Source: Patescibacteria group bacterium
Lineage (GTDB): Bacteria > Patescibacteriota > Patescibacteriia > JAHIZJ01
NCBI GenBank assembly: GCA_041661625.1
Contig: JBAZUB010000003.1
Span: 69,004 to 133,003 of the forward strand
Length of the DNA stretch: 64,000 bases
Direction: 5' to 3'
Positions 35,939 through 44,805 of the stretch are shown here, one piece after another; the first letter of the stretch is position 1; each line of letters opens with the position of its first letter. A model generated the notes under the pieces. It saw nothing but the letters and a program-made list of their open reading frames with translations, was not told the DNA's origin and did no database searches. Made by a program: the position numbers and the translations under genes.

Positions 35939-35983
35939 ATCGTCCACCACGGGCCAAAGCTCGAAAATTAATACGCTAAACCA

Positions 35984-36418
35984 TTGGAAAATATTTTCAA
36001 TAATCTGATACTGGAGTTACACGTTCCGGATTTCGTAAAAGCGCGTAAGTTTTATTCTACGTTTAATTTCCATCAAATAAGTTATATTCCAGCTGGCAGC
36101 GAATTAGGATATATGGTATTGGCACGCATCGACACAATTGGAAAAACGTGTATAAATTTCTATGGTGATAACGAGAGAGTGGCTCGACATACACATTTTG
36201 CAGATTATCCCACAGGAACGCCGCGTGGGTATGCTGTGGAAATTACAATTCCAGTATCAAATGTCGAAGAATTATGGAAATTAGCAAATAGCGTTTTGGA
36301 TTCATCTCAGATCGCTCAACCTCTGGAACTAAAGCGCTGGGGTAAAAAAGATTTTAGAGTAGTCGATCCATTTGGTTTCTATGTCCGATTTACAGAGCTA
36401 GTCGACTGGTTCAATTAA
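35984..36418 (+). CDS. VOC/glyoxalase-bleomycin-resistance family protein
   Basis: VDPFGFYVRFTE C-terminal motif. 144 aa. TTG start. Confidence 0.6.
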   Translation: MENIFNNLILELHVPDFVKARKFYSTFNFHQISYIPAGSELGYMVLARIDTIGKTCINFYGDNERVARHTHFADYPTGTPRGYAVEITIPVSNVEELWKLANSVLDSSQIAQPLELKRWGKKDFRVVDPFGFYVRFTELVDWFN

Positions 36419-36456
36419 TTCTCCAATAAACAAATTAACTTAATCATCACTACCCC

Positions 36457-37110
36457 ATGACATTCTTAGACAAAATCAATCAACCGAGAACGGGTACGCC
36501 CGAAGAAGCGAAGTCCGATAAGCAAATGGAGTCTAAGGGTGGTCTGTCATTTTTCGCGTCGATGGGCGGATTCGCCCTGGAAATAGTCAAGGTGGTGGTA
36601 ATATCACTGGCGATTATCATTCCCGTGCGGTATTTCCTGATTCAGCCGTTTTACGTCAAGGGCGCGTCGATGGAGCCGAGTTTTTACGATAATCAATATC
36701 TGATGATCGATGAAATAAGCTATCGGTTTGCCGAACCGCATCGGGGTGATATCATAGTTTTCAAATATCCCGAGAATCCCAGTCAGTTTTTCATCAAGCG
36801 GGTGATCGGCGTACCGGGTGAGACGGTCGAAATCCGCAACGGCCACGTGATTATTTATAATACGCAGGCACCGCGCGGCGAGGTATTGGACGAAAGCCCT
36901 TATTTGGCAGCCGATGTCTACACTTCGGGCAATGAAACCGTCGAATTAAAATCAAACGAGTTTTACGTGATGGGCGATAACCGCGAGCAGAGTCTGGATT
37001 CGCGCCGGATTGGCCCGATCACGAAAAACTATATTGTTGGTCGGACCTGGATCAGAGCTTGGCCGCTAAACAAATGGCAGGTATTTCACGACCCAGCCTA
37101 TAATCTGTAA
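36457..37110 (+). CDS. lepB: Signal peptidase I
   Basis: GASMEPSF (catalytic Ser), GDIIVFKYP, FIKRVIGVPGE, MGDNREQSLDSR. Confidence 0.9.
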   Translation: MTFLDKINQPRTGTPEEAKSDKQMESKGGLSFFASMGGFALEIVKVVVISLAIIIPVRYFLIQPFYVKGASMEPSFYDNQYLMIDEISYRFAEPHRGDIIVFKYPENPSQFFIKRVIGVPGETVEIRNGHVIIYNTQAPRGEVLDESPYLAADVYTSGNETVELKSNEFYVMGDNREQSLDSRRIGPITKNYIVGRTWIRAWPLNKWQVFHDPAYNL

Positions 37111-38487
37111 ATGATGAAACCATCTATGGAAAAGGAAAAGAAAGAACCCAGCAAGGCCAAATTCACCCAGCCGCGGCTGGTGCGGGGTATGAAAGATATC
37201 CTGCCCAGCGAACAGGCTTATTGGGATTGGATTCGCACGCGGGTGTTTGAATTGGCGCGGGATTACAGCTTTGGCCATATTACCACGCCGGTATTGGAAC
37301 AAGAGGCCCTGTTTGTCCGATCGATCGGCGAGGGCACTGACATCGTGGAAAAAGAAATGTTTGCTTTTTCCGACCAGGGCGAGGACAAGCTGGTCATGCG
37401 TCCCGAAGCCACCGCTTCGATTGTGCGCGCCTACAATGAACACGGCATGGTCAATCTGCCCCAGCCGGTTAAATTATTTTATTACGGCCCGATGTTCCGG
37501 CGGGAACGGCCCCAGGCCGGGCGATATCGGGAATTCAACCAATACGGTTTCGAAGTATTGGGCGAGGAACAGCCGATCGTAGACGCCCAATTGATGGTCA
37601 TGGCCTATAATTTCTTCAAAGAACTGGGCTTGCCGGTCAGTCTTCAGGTCAATAGCTTGGGCAATGCCGCCAGCCGCACCAAATACCGCAAGGAACTAAA
37701 CGATTACTTCAAGCCTCGTCGCAATCAGCTGTGCGATGATTGCAAAAAGCGTTTATTGACCAACCCACTGCGGGTGCTGGATTGCAAAGTGCCGACCTGC
37801 CAAGAGTTGGCCGTGGACGCACCGCAAATCGTGGATTATCTCGATGAGGTAGACAATAAGCACTTTACGCAAGTATTGGAATATCTCGAAGAGCTGGAAG
37901 TGCCGTATATCCTGAATCCGCGCATTATTCGCGGGCTGGATTATTATTCGCGCACCACGTTTGAAATCTGGCCGGAAAACGAAGCCGATGCCCGGCAAAG
38001 TACGCTGGGCGGCGGCGGCCGCTATGACGGTTTGGCTGAAATGCTGGGCGGACGGCCCACGCCGGCCTGTGGATTCGCGGTCGGGATCGAACGGGTGATA
38101 TTGAAACTGAAAGAAGCCGGTCTCACTACACCCAGTCTGCCGGCACCAGAAGTATACGTGGCTCAACTGGGCGACCAGTCCCGCCGCAAGGCCCTGTTGC
38201 TCTACGAGCGTCTGCGCCGCGAAGGTTTCCTGGTGGCGGAAAACTTTTCCAAGGAGGGGATCAAGGCGCAATTGGAATCGGCCAACCGCCAGGATATCAA
38301 GATCGCGTTGATCCTGGGCCAAAAGGAAAATATCGATGGCACGATCCTGATCCGCGACATGGAAAGCGGCACCCAGGAAGTGCTGAACTTCGAAAAGGTG
38401 ACCAATGAGCTCAAGCGCCGATTGCGCAAGAATGGCAATGGCGCCACGAACGGAAATGGCACCACCGAGAAGCCGCCAGTGGCTTAA
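37111..38487 (+). CDS. hisS: Histidyl-tRNA synthetase
   Basis: RGMKDILPSEQAYW, class-II motifs, anticodon-binding C-terminal domain. Confidence 0.9.
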   Translation: MMKPSMEKEKKEPSKAKFTQPRLVRGMKDILPSEQAYWDWIRTRVFELARDYSFGHITTPVLEQEALFVRSIGEGTDIVEKEMFAFSDQGEDKLVMRPEATASIVRAYNEHGMVNLPQPVKLFYYGPMFRRERPQAGRYREFNQYGFEVLGEEQPIVDAQLMVMAYNFFKELGLPVSLQVNSLGNAASRTKYRKELNDYFKPRRNQLCDDCKKRLLTNPLRVLDCKVPTCQELAVDAPQIVDYLDEVDNKHFTQVLEYLEELEVPYILNPRIIRGLDYYSRTTFEIWPENEADARQSTLGGGGRYDGLAEMLGGRPTPACGFAVGIERVILKLKEAGLTTPSLPAPEVYVAQLGDQSRRKALLLYERLRREGFLVAENFSKEGIKAQLESANRQDIKIALILGQKENIDGTILIRDMESGTQEVLNFEKVTNELKRRLRKNGNGATNGNGTTEKPPVA

Positions 38488-38580
38488 AGCTCTACACTCG
38501 ATCTCTATAAAATGCGATAATACCTGGCTTAATCGGGGTATTTCGCATATACTCTAGTTAAGTGAAATAAATCCTCTCTT

Positions 38581-39252
38581 ATGAACGGTGTTTGTATGAT
38601 TTTTTCAGCGGTCATTCTTTCGATCATTTATATCGGCTACTATCTTTTTGCTACTGGAATACCCGAAGCTGCTATCTCTAGTAGTGAAATATTAGGTTTC
38701 GTTTATGCTATAGCAATATCTATTATTGCTGCTGGTATTTTTTATCTATTCCAAGTTTATATACCAGAAAAAAAACGAAAGGACATTATAAGGGGTAATT
38801 TTAAATTGAATTACACACACTTTAAGGAAGACAGCATTTCAATCTTTTTATCTGCTCTAGGCCATAGCCACGACGTGCAATTACTAAAGAAATTGTCAGG
38901 GCTGGAAGAATTCAAAAACTATTTCAAAGAGAACCATAAAGAAGGGCGGGACAGGTGGAACGGCGTACTCAATGGCTTAAATGAATCCTTACTCAAAGAC
39001 CTTCTGGTTCAATTTGAAATATTAACTCAAGAAATTGATTTTTACCTCAGTAATATTTCATTGCACGACGAAGAAGTGTTTTCCTTCTTAAAGAGATTGA
39101 AAATTACGACTCAAACCCTAAAAAATACCAGCCTTAATTACGATGAAGTTAAGAGGCTTTCTGGATTTTTGTGGGAGCTATTTTCAGGTTGGAGTTTTAT
39201 TTCAGGGTATCGAAAGAATGACATATTTGAAGAAATGCTCGATAGGGTATAA
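38581..39252 (+). CDS. Hypothetical membrane-anchored protein (223 aa), very AT-rich
   Basis: N-terminal TM helices. No motif. Confidence 0.5.
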   Translation: MNGVCMIFSAVILSIIYIGYYLFATGIPEAAISSSEILGFVYAIAISIIAAGIFYLFQVYIPEKKRKDIIRGNFKLNYTHFKEDSISIFLSALGHSHDVQLLKKLSGLEEFKNYFKENHKEGRDRWNGVLNGLNESLLKDLLVQFEILTQEIDFYLSNISLHDEEVFSFLKRLKITTQTLKNTSLNYDEVKRLSGFLWELFSGWSFISGYRKNDIFEEMLDRV

Positions 39253-39319
39253 TTGTGTAGGATTTACTTCACTTAACACGGGCTAGCCGGTTCGCTTACC
39301 AAATAATTAACCAAAGAAT

Positions 39320-39511
39320 ATGATTACTGCACTCGGTATTGCAACAGTCGTTCTACTAATAATTATTGCCTATTTGTTACTAAGCATCAAAGGAACGCTT
39401 GAGGGTTTTTACGAAAGGGTATGGAATCATCTTTACTACGGAAAACAAAAGAGTCCGAGTGTTCTTGATGCTCTTGATAAGGTGATTAAGGACAAAGAGG
39501 CAAAGGGTTAA
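39320..39511 (+). CDS. Small TM protein (63 aa)
   Basis: ORF with one hydrophobic helix. Confidence 0.4.
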   Translation: MITALGIATVVLLIIIAYLLLSIKGTLEGFYERVWNHLYYGKQKSPSVLDALDKVIKDKEAKG

Positions 39512-39619
39512 AAATCTCCGCTCACCCAAATTGCTCCTTCATTCCGGCGGTGTGCTCCGCACAATTGTACCGCCTCCATTCCGTCGCAACTTCGGCTAGC
39601 CCGAAACGTTATGTGACAT
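39512..39619 (+). repeat. attC-like element 1 (long form). Its 3' end reads CCGAAACGTTATGTGACAT; no matching 5' box.
   Basis: Shares a central module (CTCACCCAAAT...CCGCACAATTGTACCGCCTCCATTCC...CTTCGGCT) with elements at 41077 and 43833. Confidence 0.45.
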
Positions 39620-39678
39620 ACTGCCCAATCTCAACAATTAATAATTTATCTACCTTATAACAATTATTTTAATCAAAC

Positions 39679-40035
39679 ATGGCGCATGAAACAGGTTCGG
39701 AACATATCGTTAATTTAGAGAGGTTTAGAAGTGCTCTAGCGACGAAAGCTGAAGAATATGCTGAAGCATCCTATACTACTTTTAACCTGAGCACAGATCT
39801 TAAAGATGTGGCTCATAAACAGGAACTATCAGCGGGGCTTCTTCAAGAGCTTTTAACTACTTGTGCGGTAGAACTTCAACAATCTCCTGACCCAGATGAA
39901 ACGATGATAATAATTAAAGAAGCTCTCGTTGATTACCAGCATGAAAATGGTACCTTGCTATTCTCTGACAGTGGTAAAGCAAAATTCTACCACGATTTAG
40001 TGATAGCAATTGCACGGCTGAGTAACCGGGCCTAG
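39679..40035 (+). CDS. Hypothetical protein (118 aa)
   Basis: ORF. Confidence 0.45.
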   Translation: MAHETGSEHIVNLERFRSALATKAEEYAEASYTTFNLSTDLKDVAHKQELSAGLLQELLTTCAVELQQSPDPDETMIIIKEALVDYQHENGTLLFSDSGKAKFYHDLVIAIARLSNRA

Positions 40036-40052
40036 ATATTGGGCAGTACATC

Positions 40053-40105
40053 ACATAACAGCGTGTATTCGATATTTTTACATCGCATACACGCAAACGT
40101 TGTAC
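40053..40105 (+). repeat. attC-like element 2: ACATAAC-AGCGTGTATTCG...CATACACGC-AAAC-GTTGTAC
   Basis: 5' box and 3' box, with inverted L segments. Confidence 0.5.
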
Positions 40106-40129
40106 GCCATAACAAATTATTGCAAGTTT

Positions 40130-40423
40130 ATGTTCTATACCTTGATATATAAAATATTTAAACTAGTCTCTAAAGAAAAACCTGTTCCAGCTATGATTCA
40201 AGGAGGTAAGATCATAGACTCAAAAATTGAAGACAATCGTGTAGATGGAGGGACCTTGCTGAATGTAAAGGAACTGCAAAATACTTCAGTTAAAAGAAAC
40301 TGGGTGAATCTTCCGTCACCGAGAAAAATATCTTGGTTTTGGAAAGCCCTCATAGATCTTGCTATCTTAATTATTGGGGGTTTTATTCTCTACAAAACTG
40401 GCTGGAATGGATCACAGCAATAA
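40130..40423 (+). CDS. Hypothetical small protein with C-terminal TM helix
   Basis: ATG at 40130 preferred over the TTG at 40100, which lies inside the preceding repeat. Confidence 0.4.
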   Translation: MFYTLIYKIFKLVSKEKPVPAMIQGGKIIDSKIEDNRVDGGTLLNVKELQNTSVKRNWVNLPSPRKISWFWKALIDLAILIIGGFILYKTGWNGSQQ

Positions 40424-40435
40424 TTTGTTACGGGC

Positions 40436-40488
40436 GTACAACACGGCGTATCTGGCTCAGCAAGGAACACCAATTTGAAACGTAGAAA
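40436..40488 (+). repeat. Degenerate attC-like element (GTACAAC-ACGGCGTAT ... GAAACGTAGAAAAT)
   Basis: 5' half conserved, 3' half decayed. Confidence 0.3.
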
Positions 40489-41076
40489 ATGGCTAACTTA
40501 CGACCAAACGAAAAAGAGAAAGCGTTTCTCAATCTGGCATATAATCGATTCTATGATATTTTTGAGGAAATCGAAAAAGATGATTTTTGGCAGAAAGAGG
40601 ATTGGCACCGATTCACCAAGATACGTGACGCCTTTCTAATATATACTGAACTACTTAACTATGAACCGATCCAATGGATAATTGAACAGATCAGAAAACA
40701 CAGGCCACCAATGGAGGCAGAAATCGGTAGCGATTTATTCAAGTTTGTTAGAAACATCATTTCACATTTCCCATTCTACGAACGTTGGAATGATGTGTGG
40801 GTTTCAAAAGACCTGGTGAATTGGTACAAAGATGGCCAATCTATAGACAAATTTATTGAAAAGTACAAAAATCATCCCGAGGTAAAATATCGAGTTTGGC
40901 AACCAAAAAAGAAGTTGATGACATATCTAAGTATCAATTTCCCTCAAAAATATCAAAGCGACACTAAGCTGTATTTACGAGAATTACTTACAGAAAAAGA
41001 AGGTATCATCTTTTCTATGACTTTCATGAAACAGATATTGGATATACAAGTTGAAGAAATGAAGGTTCCAAATTGA
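40489..41076 (+). CDS. Hypothetical protein (195 aa)
   Basis: ORF. Confidence 0.5.
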   Translation: MANLRPNEKEKAFLNLAYNRFYDIFEEIEKDDFWQKEDWHRFTKIRDAFLIYTELLNYEPIQWIIEQIRKHRPPMEAEIGSDLFKFVRNIISHFPFYERWNDVWVSKDLVNWYKDGQSIDKFIEKYKNHPEVKYRVWQPKKKLMTYLSINFPQKYQSDTKLYLRELLTEKEGIIFSMTFMKQILDIQVEEMKVPN

Positions 41077-41185
41077 TGTCCCCAGCTTCGCCCATATCTC
41101 TCGTTCGTTACGGGGTGCGCCCCGCGCAATTCTACCCCTTCACTCACTTCGAGACATCAGATACGCCGAAACGTTATACGGCATA
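41077..41185 (+). repeat. attC-like element 3 (long form) ending ATACGCCGAAAC-GTTATAC
   Basis: Central module with GGGGTGCGCCCCGCGCAATTCTACCCCTTCACTCACTTCGAG. Confidence 0.45.
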
Positions 41186-41278
41186 TTGCTCTTGACGAAA
41201 AGTACATCTAGCACTAAGATTGCGTATTAGTTATTTGACAGCAAAATACTCTCGGGGAGGCGAATCAAAGGAGGGCAG

Positions 41279-41434
41279 ATGTTTAATTATCTGATTGGAC
41301 TGATTCTGGGTGCAACAATCTCAATAGTCACAGTAAATATCAAGATCAGGCCGGGCGATGCGCTTTTGTGGGTACTCCTCTTACTCCTTGTCGTAAGTGT
41401 GATTCTCAACGCCGTTCGTATCAACAACAAGTGA
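41279..41434 (+). CDS. Tiny TM peptide (51 aa), below the track threshold
   Basis: ATG...TGA ORF encoding two hydrophobic helices. Followed by hairpin GGGGAAG-N7-CTTCCCC. Confidence 0.3.
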   Translation: MFNYLIGLILGATISIVTVNIKIRPGDALLWVLLLLLVVSVILNAVRINNK

Positions 41435-41537
41435 AAACATACGACGCTGGAGAGCTCCGATGCTTCCTCGGGGAAGGTCTAAACTTCCCCACTCCCCAAG
41501 AGTATTTTGTACCATTCAAAAAACATAGCAATACACC

Positions 41538-41599
41538 GTATAACACGGCATATACGTCACTCCACGTTGTTCCGCGCCGCATACGCCGAAACGTTGTAC
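41538..41599 (+). repeat. attC-like element 4: GTATAAC-ACGGCATATACG...GCATACGCCG-AAAC-GTTGTAC
   Basis: Boxes and inverted L segments. Confidence 0.5.
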
Positions 41600-41619
41600 G
41601 AAATAATTAATCTACAAAT

Positions 41620-41877
41620 ATGGAAAGAATTAATTACCCAAATCCTAGAGAAGCTGAATCAATGGGCATAGAAGCCGCTGCTTCATTCGAAGGTCTTTAC
41701 AGTATTTTACGCACAATGCTGGAAGTTGTAGGTACGGCAAAAACCTATACACCAGATGAACTGATTACAAAGATTGAAGATGTTCGACGAGGCGATAGAG
41801 ATATCAGCTTTATCACCCGAAGTCATGGTTTACGCAACACCGTAGAACGACTATTAACGAATGAGCAGACTGATTAA
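41620..41877 (+). CDS. Hypothetical protein (85 aa)
   Basis: ORF. Confidence 0.45.
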   Translation: MERINYPNPREAESMGIEAAASFEGLYSILRTMLEVVGTAKTYTPDELITKIEDVRRGDRDISFITRSHGLRNTVERLLTNEQTD

Positions 41878-41884
41878 TTACTTC

Positions 41885-41938
41885 GTACAACAGCGTGTAT
41901 ACGATATTGAGACATCGTATGACACGCAAACGTTATAC
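41885..41938 (+). repeat. attC-like element 5: GTACAAC-AGCGTGTATACG...ATGACACGC-AAAC-GTTATAC
   Basis: Boxes and inverted L segments. Confidence 0.5.
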
Positions 41939-41962
41939 GCCATTACCACATTAATTGAAACT

Positions 41963-42361
41963 ATGAACAGCCCGGAATCTCCAAGCCCAAACGAGACTGA
42001 AAAAATAAAGGAATATAGTAGCTTTGATGACATCCCTAACGATCCCAGATCAGAAGGCTTGCGGCCTGATCACGGTTATGCCGGGGGAGATCCAGATGAA
42101 ATTATTGTTGTTAGTGGGATAAAGTACAGAAAAATAGTTGCCATGCGCGCTTATAACCAGCGGGGGGATGGGGTCATTACTTTGAATCGGCCCTATACTG
42201 AAAAAGAATATTTTTCGCACAGCACTGTCGACGTGGGTCCGGGGCCGGGCTGGGATCAGCTCATGACTTATTTACGAGATCTTGGTATTTTTGATTTTGA
42301 CCCTGACCACCTTTCTGATTTGCCATTCTATCGACTCCAGCCGGTTGAACAAAAGGGATAA
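41963..42361 (+). CDS. Hypothetical protein (about 132 aa)
   Basis: Start moved to the ATG at 41963; the track start at 41861 would run through the preceding repeat. Confidence 0.45.
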   Translation: MNSPESPSPNETEKIKEYSSFDDIPNDPRSEGLRPDHGYAGGDPDEIIVVSGIKYRKIVAMRAYNQRGDGVITLNRPYTEKEYFSHSTVDVGPGPGWDQLMTYLRDLGIFDFDPDHLSDLPFYRLQPVEQKG

Positions 42362-42373
42362 TGTCGTAATGGC

Positions 42374-42436
42374 GTATAACAGCGTATATCCGCCATGCGC
42401 TACCGCGACACAGCAGATGATACGCAAACGTTATAT
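42374..42436 (+). repeat. attC-like element 6: GTATAAC-AGCGTATATCC...GATACGC-AAAC-GTTATAT
   Basis: Boxes and inverted L segments. Confidence 0.5.
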
Positions 42437-42590
42437 GACAGAACAACACATTCTTTCCGTCACTGCTATGACGGTTGGGAATCAGGGCAATTTTTCTTCT
42501 GCTGTTTGAAATCATAAATCTGCCTGGATCAAGTCGTGTGTGTCCGACCCGACCCAGGCAGCTAGACTGTGCAGACGATGATGTGAGAGC

Positions 42591-42944
42591 TCAGTCAGTG
42601 CTTTCGTTGTCCCATTCACGCTGGAAGTTCGTTCCATCAGGGAAGGCGATGTAGAGCGTGAACCGAGCCAGAAACTGGTGGGGAAAAAGCTTCGGCAACA
42701 GCTCGCCGAACCGGGCATACGCCTTGGTCGAGACGGACAACCCCCGAATTTCAGGAAGCGATCCTTCCGCGGCATCGTCGAATGTCCCGACAGGGAATCT
42801 GAGTGCCCAACGCGGAGGTCGCTCGCATTCGAAGTCAAAGCCTGCGGGGATGTTGACGTTCGGAATCGCAGGTTTCCTCTCTTCAATGACCGCATAAGCG
42901 CGGACTGTGGCCTGGGGTTTCTGCGCTTCGTTCACCTCAGCCAT
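42591..42944 (-). CDS. Hypothetical protein (117 aa), opposite orientation, GC-rich cassette
   Basis: ATG at 42944 with SD GGGAGGG. Confidence 0.45.
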   Translation of the reverse strand: MAEVNEAQKPQATVRAYAVIEERKPAIPNVNIPAGFDFECERPPRWALRFPVGTFDDAAEGSLPEIRGLSVSTKAYARFGELLPKLFPHQFLARFTLYIAFPDGTNFQREWDNESTD

Positions 42945-43194
42945 GATCCCTCCCTTTGCTGAATCAATGAGCCGACCGGCGTCTTCGCCGATCACTGCTT
43001 ATCAGTATTGGATACCACCATTACCCTGCTTAGCAGCTGTCTACCGACACAATCGACAGTTCAGCTGACAACCAAGAAAAAGATACTTAAATATAGGCTT
43101 TTCGATAATTTTGTCAAGTCAAAAACACGAAGAAAGATTGACCTGATTCCCAAAACCCTTCCCTTTGGTCAGGTAAAGAATGTATTGTTCCATC

Positions 43195-43284
43195 ATATAA
43201 CAGCGTATATCTGGCTTCGGTTCGCCTCCGGCGAGCCTCCGCCCATATCGCTAGCGCGACATCAGATATACGCAAACGTTAAAC
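43195..43284 (+). repeat. attC-like element 7: ATATAAC-AGCGTATATC...GATATACGC-AAAC-GTTAAAC
   Basis: Perfect GTTRRRY 3' box. The central part resembles element 3. Confidence 0.5.
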
Positions 43285-43408
43285 GAAATGTTGGTCAACA
43301 AATAATTTCAGATATTCGGATTGGGCTCTTTTCAATTTTTCTTATAAAGAAGTTCGCGCCACCCGAGGAATCTCGAATGGCGCGTTACAAGCAGGGCCGT
43401 AGGGCGCT

Positions 43409-43702
43409 CTACTGTTCGGACGAAAGGGCGTTGTACAGCTCTTGGGGCATATTGGGAGAGTTAATGCTTAACTCCCACTGATCCGCGGTCAGATGTAGTT
43501 CCGCGAGAACGCTCTCCCGCTCATTCTCCGGGATGGCCATATCTCGCAGCACATCGAGCAGGACAGAGATTGCCCCAAGGGAACTGAAGTAATTGTATGT
43601 GCGGCTTTCTGTGCCCCCCATACATTCGAGCTCTTCGATTCGCTCCTTCAGCCTCTGTAGGATCACCTCGTGTGCTGGTCGCTTTGCCTGCTGGTCGGTC
43701 AT
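43409..43702 (-). CDS. Hypothetical protein (97 aa), opposite orientation
   Basis: ATG at 43702 with SD AAAGGAGGG. Confidence 0.45.
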   Translation of the reverse strand: MTDQQAKRPAHEVILQRLKERIEELECMGGTESRTYNYFSSLGAISVLLDVLRDMAIPENERESVLAELHLTADQWELSINSPNMPQELYNALSSEQ

Positions 43703-43832
43703 ATCGCGCCCTCCTTTCTGGTTTTCGCGATATTCCTGTATATCACAAGTATACTTTCGCGTCAATACTTGTTCAATAAACAATTAAAAGAGCCCATAAA
43801 GAAAAGGTTGATTATTTGTTGCCCAAAACATC

Positions 43833-43994
43833 GTTTAACAGCGTATAGCAGGTTCAGGAAAATGCGCCTATAATAAGGGTATTAAGGTCGCGCATGTTCC
43901 TTCACCCAAATCGGCTTCCGTTCCAGCGGTGGCGCTACCGCGCAAGTATACCGCTTCCACTCCAGCCGACTTCTGCTATACGCAAACGTTATGT
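43833..43994 (+). repeat. attC-like element 8 (162 bp, long form): GTTTAAC-AGCGTATAGC...CTATACGC-AAAC-GTTATGT
   Basis: Perfect RYYYAAC 5' box. The central module is shared with elements 1 and 3. Confidence 0.45.
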
Positions 43995-44062
43995 GACATT
44001 TTTGTGGGCTGGTGTAGATAGCTACTTGCCCGAGGGATCCGCTCCTCTTTTTCACTCAATAT

Positions 44063-44701
44063 ATGGACAACAGCCAAAAAGCAGTTCAGGTATACAACAA
44101 AATAGCTGAGGACTATGCTAGTGTGTTTTCGAAACCTTCGGAATATCTTGATGAGTTTTTGGAACTCGTACCAACCAATGGAAAGATTCTCGATGTTGGC
44201 TGTGGCAACGGCGTTGATTGCCTTTATGTGAAACAAAAAGGCTTCAATGTTGTCGGTGTCGACATGTCAGCAAAGATGCTTGAAATCGCACGAAGCAAGG
44301 CTCCAGGTATTGAATATCGTCAGGGAGACATGAGGAACCTTCAGTTCCATGAAAACGAATTCGACGGTATTATTGCTTCTTGCTCTCTAATACATATCCC
44401 AAAACAGGACGTTCCAAAAACTCTACAGCGGTTTACGGGGTTTCTCAAACAAGATGGGGCGATCTACATTCAGTTACAGTCCGGTACGTCAGAGGAGGTC
44501 TTTGTCGATGAACCCTTCAAGCCTGACGAAAAGCTATTTGTGAACGTCATTTCGCCTGACGAAATCGAACTGCTTTTACGCAACGCTGGTTTTGAGATTG
44601 TACATAAACATGAAATACAATCACTGAAAAAAGAGGAGCTAGACTATACTCACTTAATCGTCATTGCCCGATATACCAGCGCCCACAAAAACATCACATA
44701 A
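44063..44701 (+). CDS. Class-I SAM-dependent methyltransferase (small-molecule/RNA type), paralog 1
   Basis: ILDVGCGNGVDCLYV motif I; acidic motif II VVGVDMS. About 75% identical to the 48914-49540 product. Confidence 0.75.
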   Translation: MDNSQKAVQVYNKIAEDYASVFSKPSEYLDEFLELVPTNGKILDVGCGNGVDCLYVKQKGFNVVGVDMSAKMLEIARSKAPGIEYRQGDMRNLQFHENEFDGIIASCSLIHIPKQDVPKTLQRFTGFLKQDGAIYIQLQSGTSEEVFVDEPFKPDEKLFVNVISPDEIELLLRNAGFEIVHKHEIQSLKKEELDYTHLIVIARYTSAHKNIT

Positions 44702-44748
44702 CAGCGTGTATACGATATTATCACATCGCATACACGCAAACGTTGTCC
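44696..44748 (+). repeat. attC-like element 9: ACATAAC-AGCGTGTATACG...CATACACGC-AAAC-GTTGTCC. The gene stop codon lies inside the 5' box.
   Basis: The TAA at 44699-44701 sits within ACATAAC. Confidence 0.5.
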
Positions 44749-44805
44749 GAAGATCAGCCTCCAGCGCAGTAGGATAAGCACGGGTGCTAAAATAGTTAGA
44801 AAAAG

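Noticed and set aside
35743-35940. 60-62-aa ORFs on both strands immediately downstream of tRNA-Val
   Set aside because: They coincide with the GC-rich hairpin repeat element (35862-35938) and mirror each other on the two strands, so they are a repeat, not a gene.
43894-44109. 71-aa plus-strand ORF
   Set aside because: It lies entirely within attC-like element 8 and its conserved central module, and overlaps the start of the methyltransferase gene.
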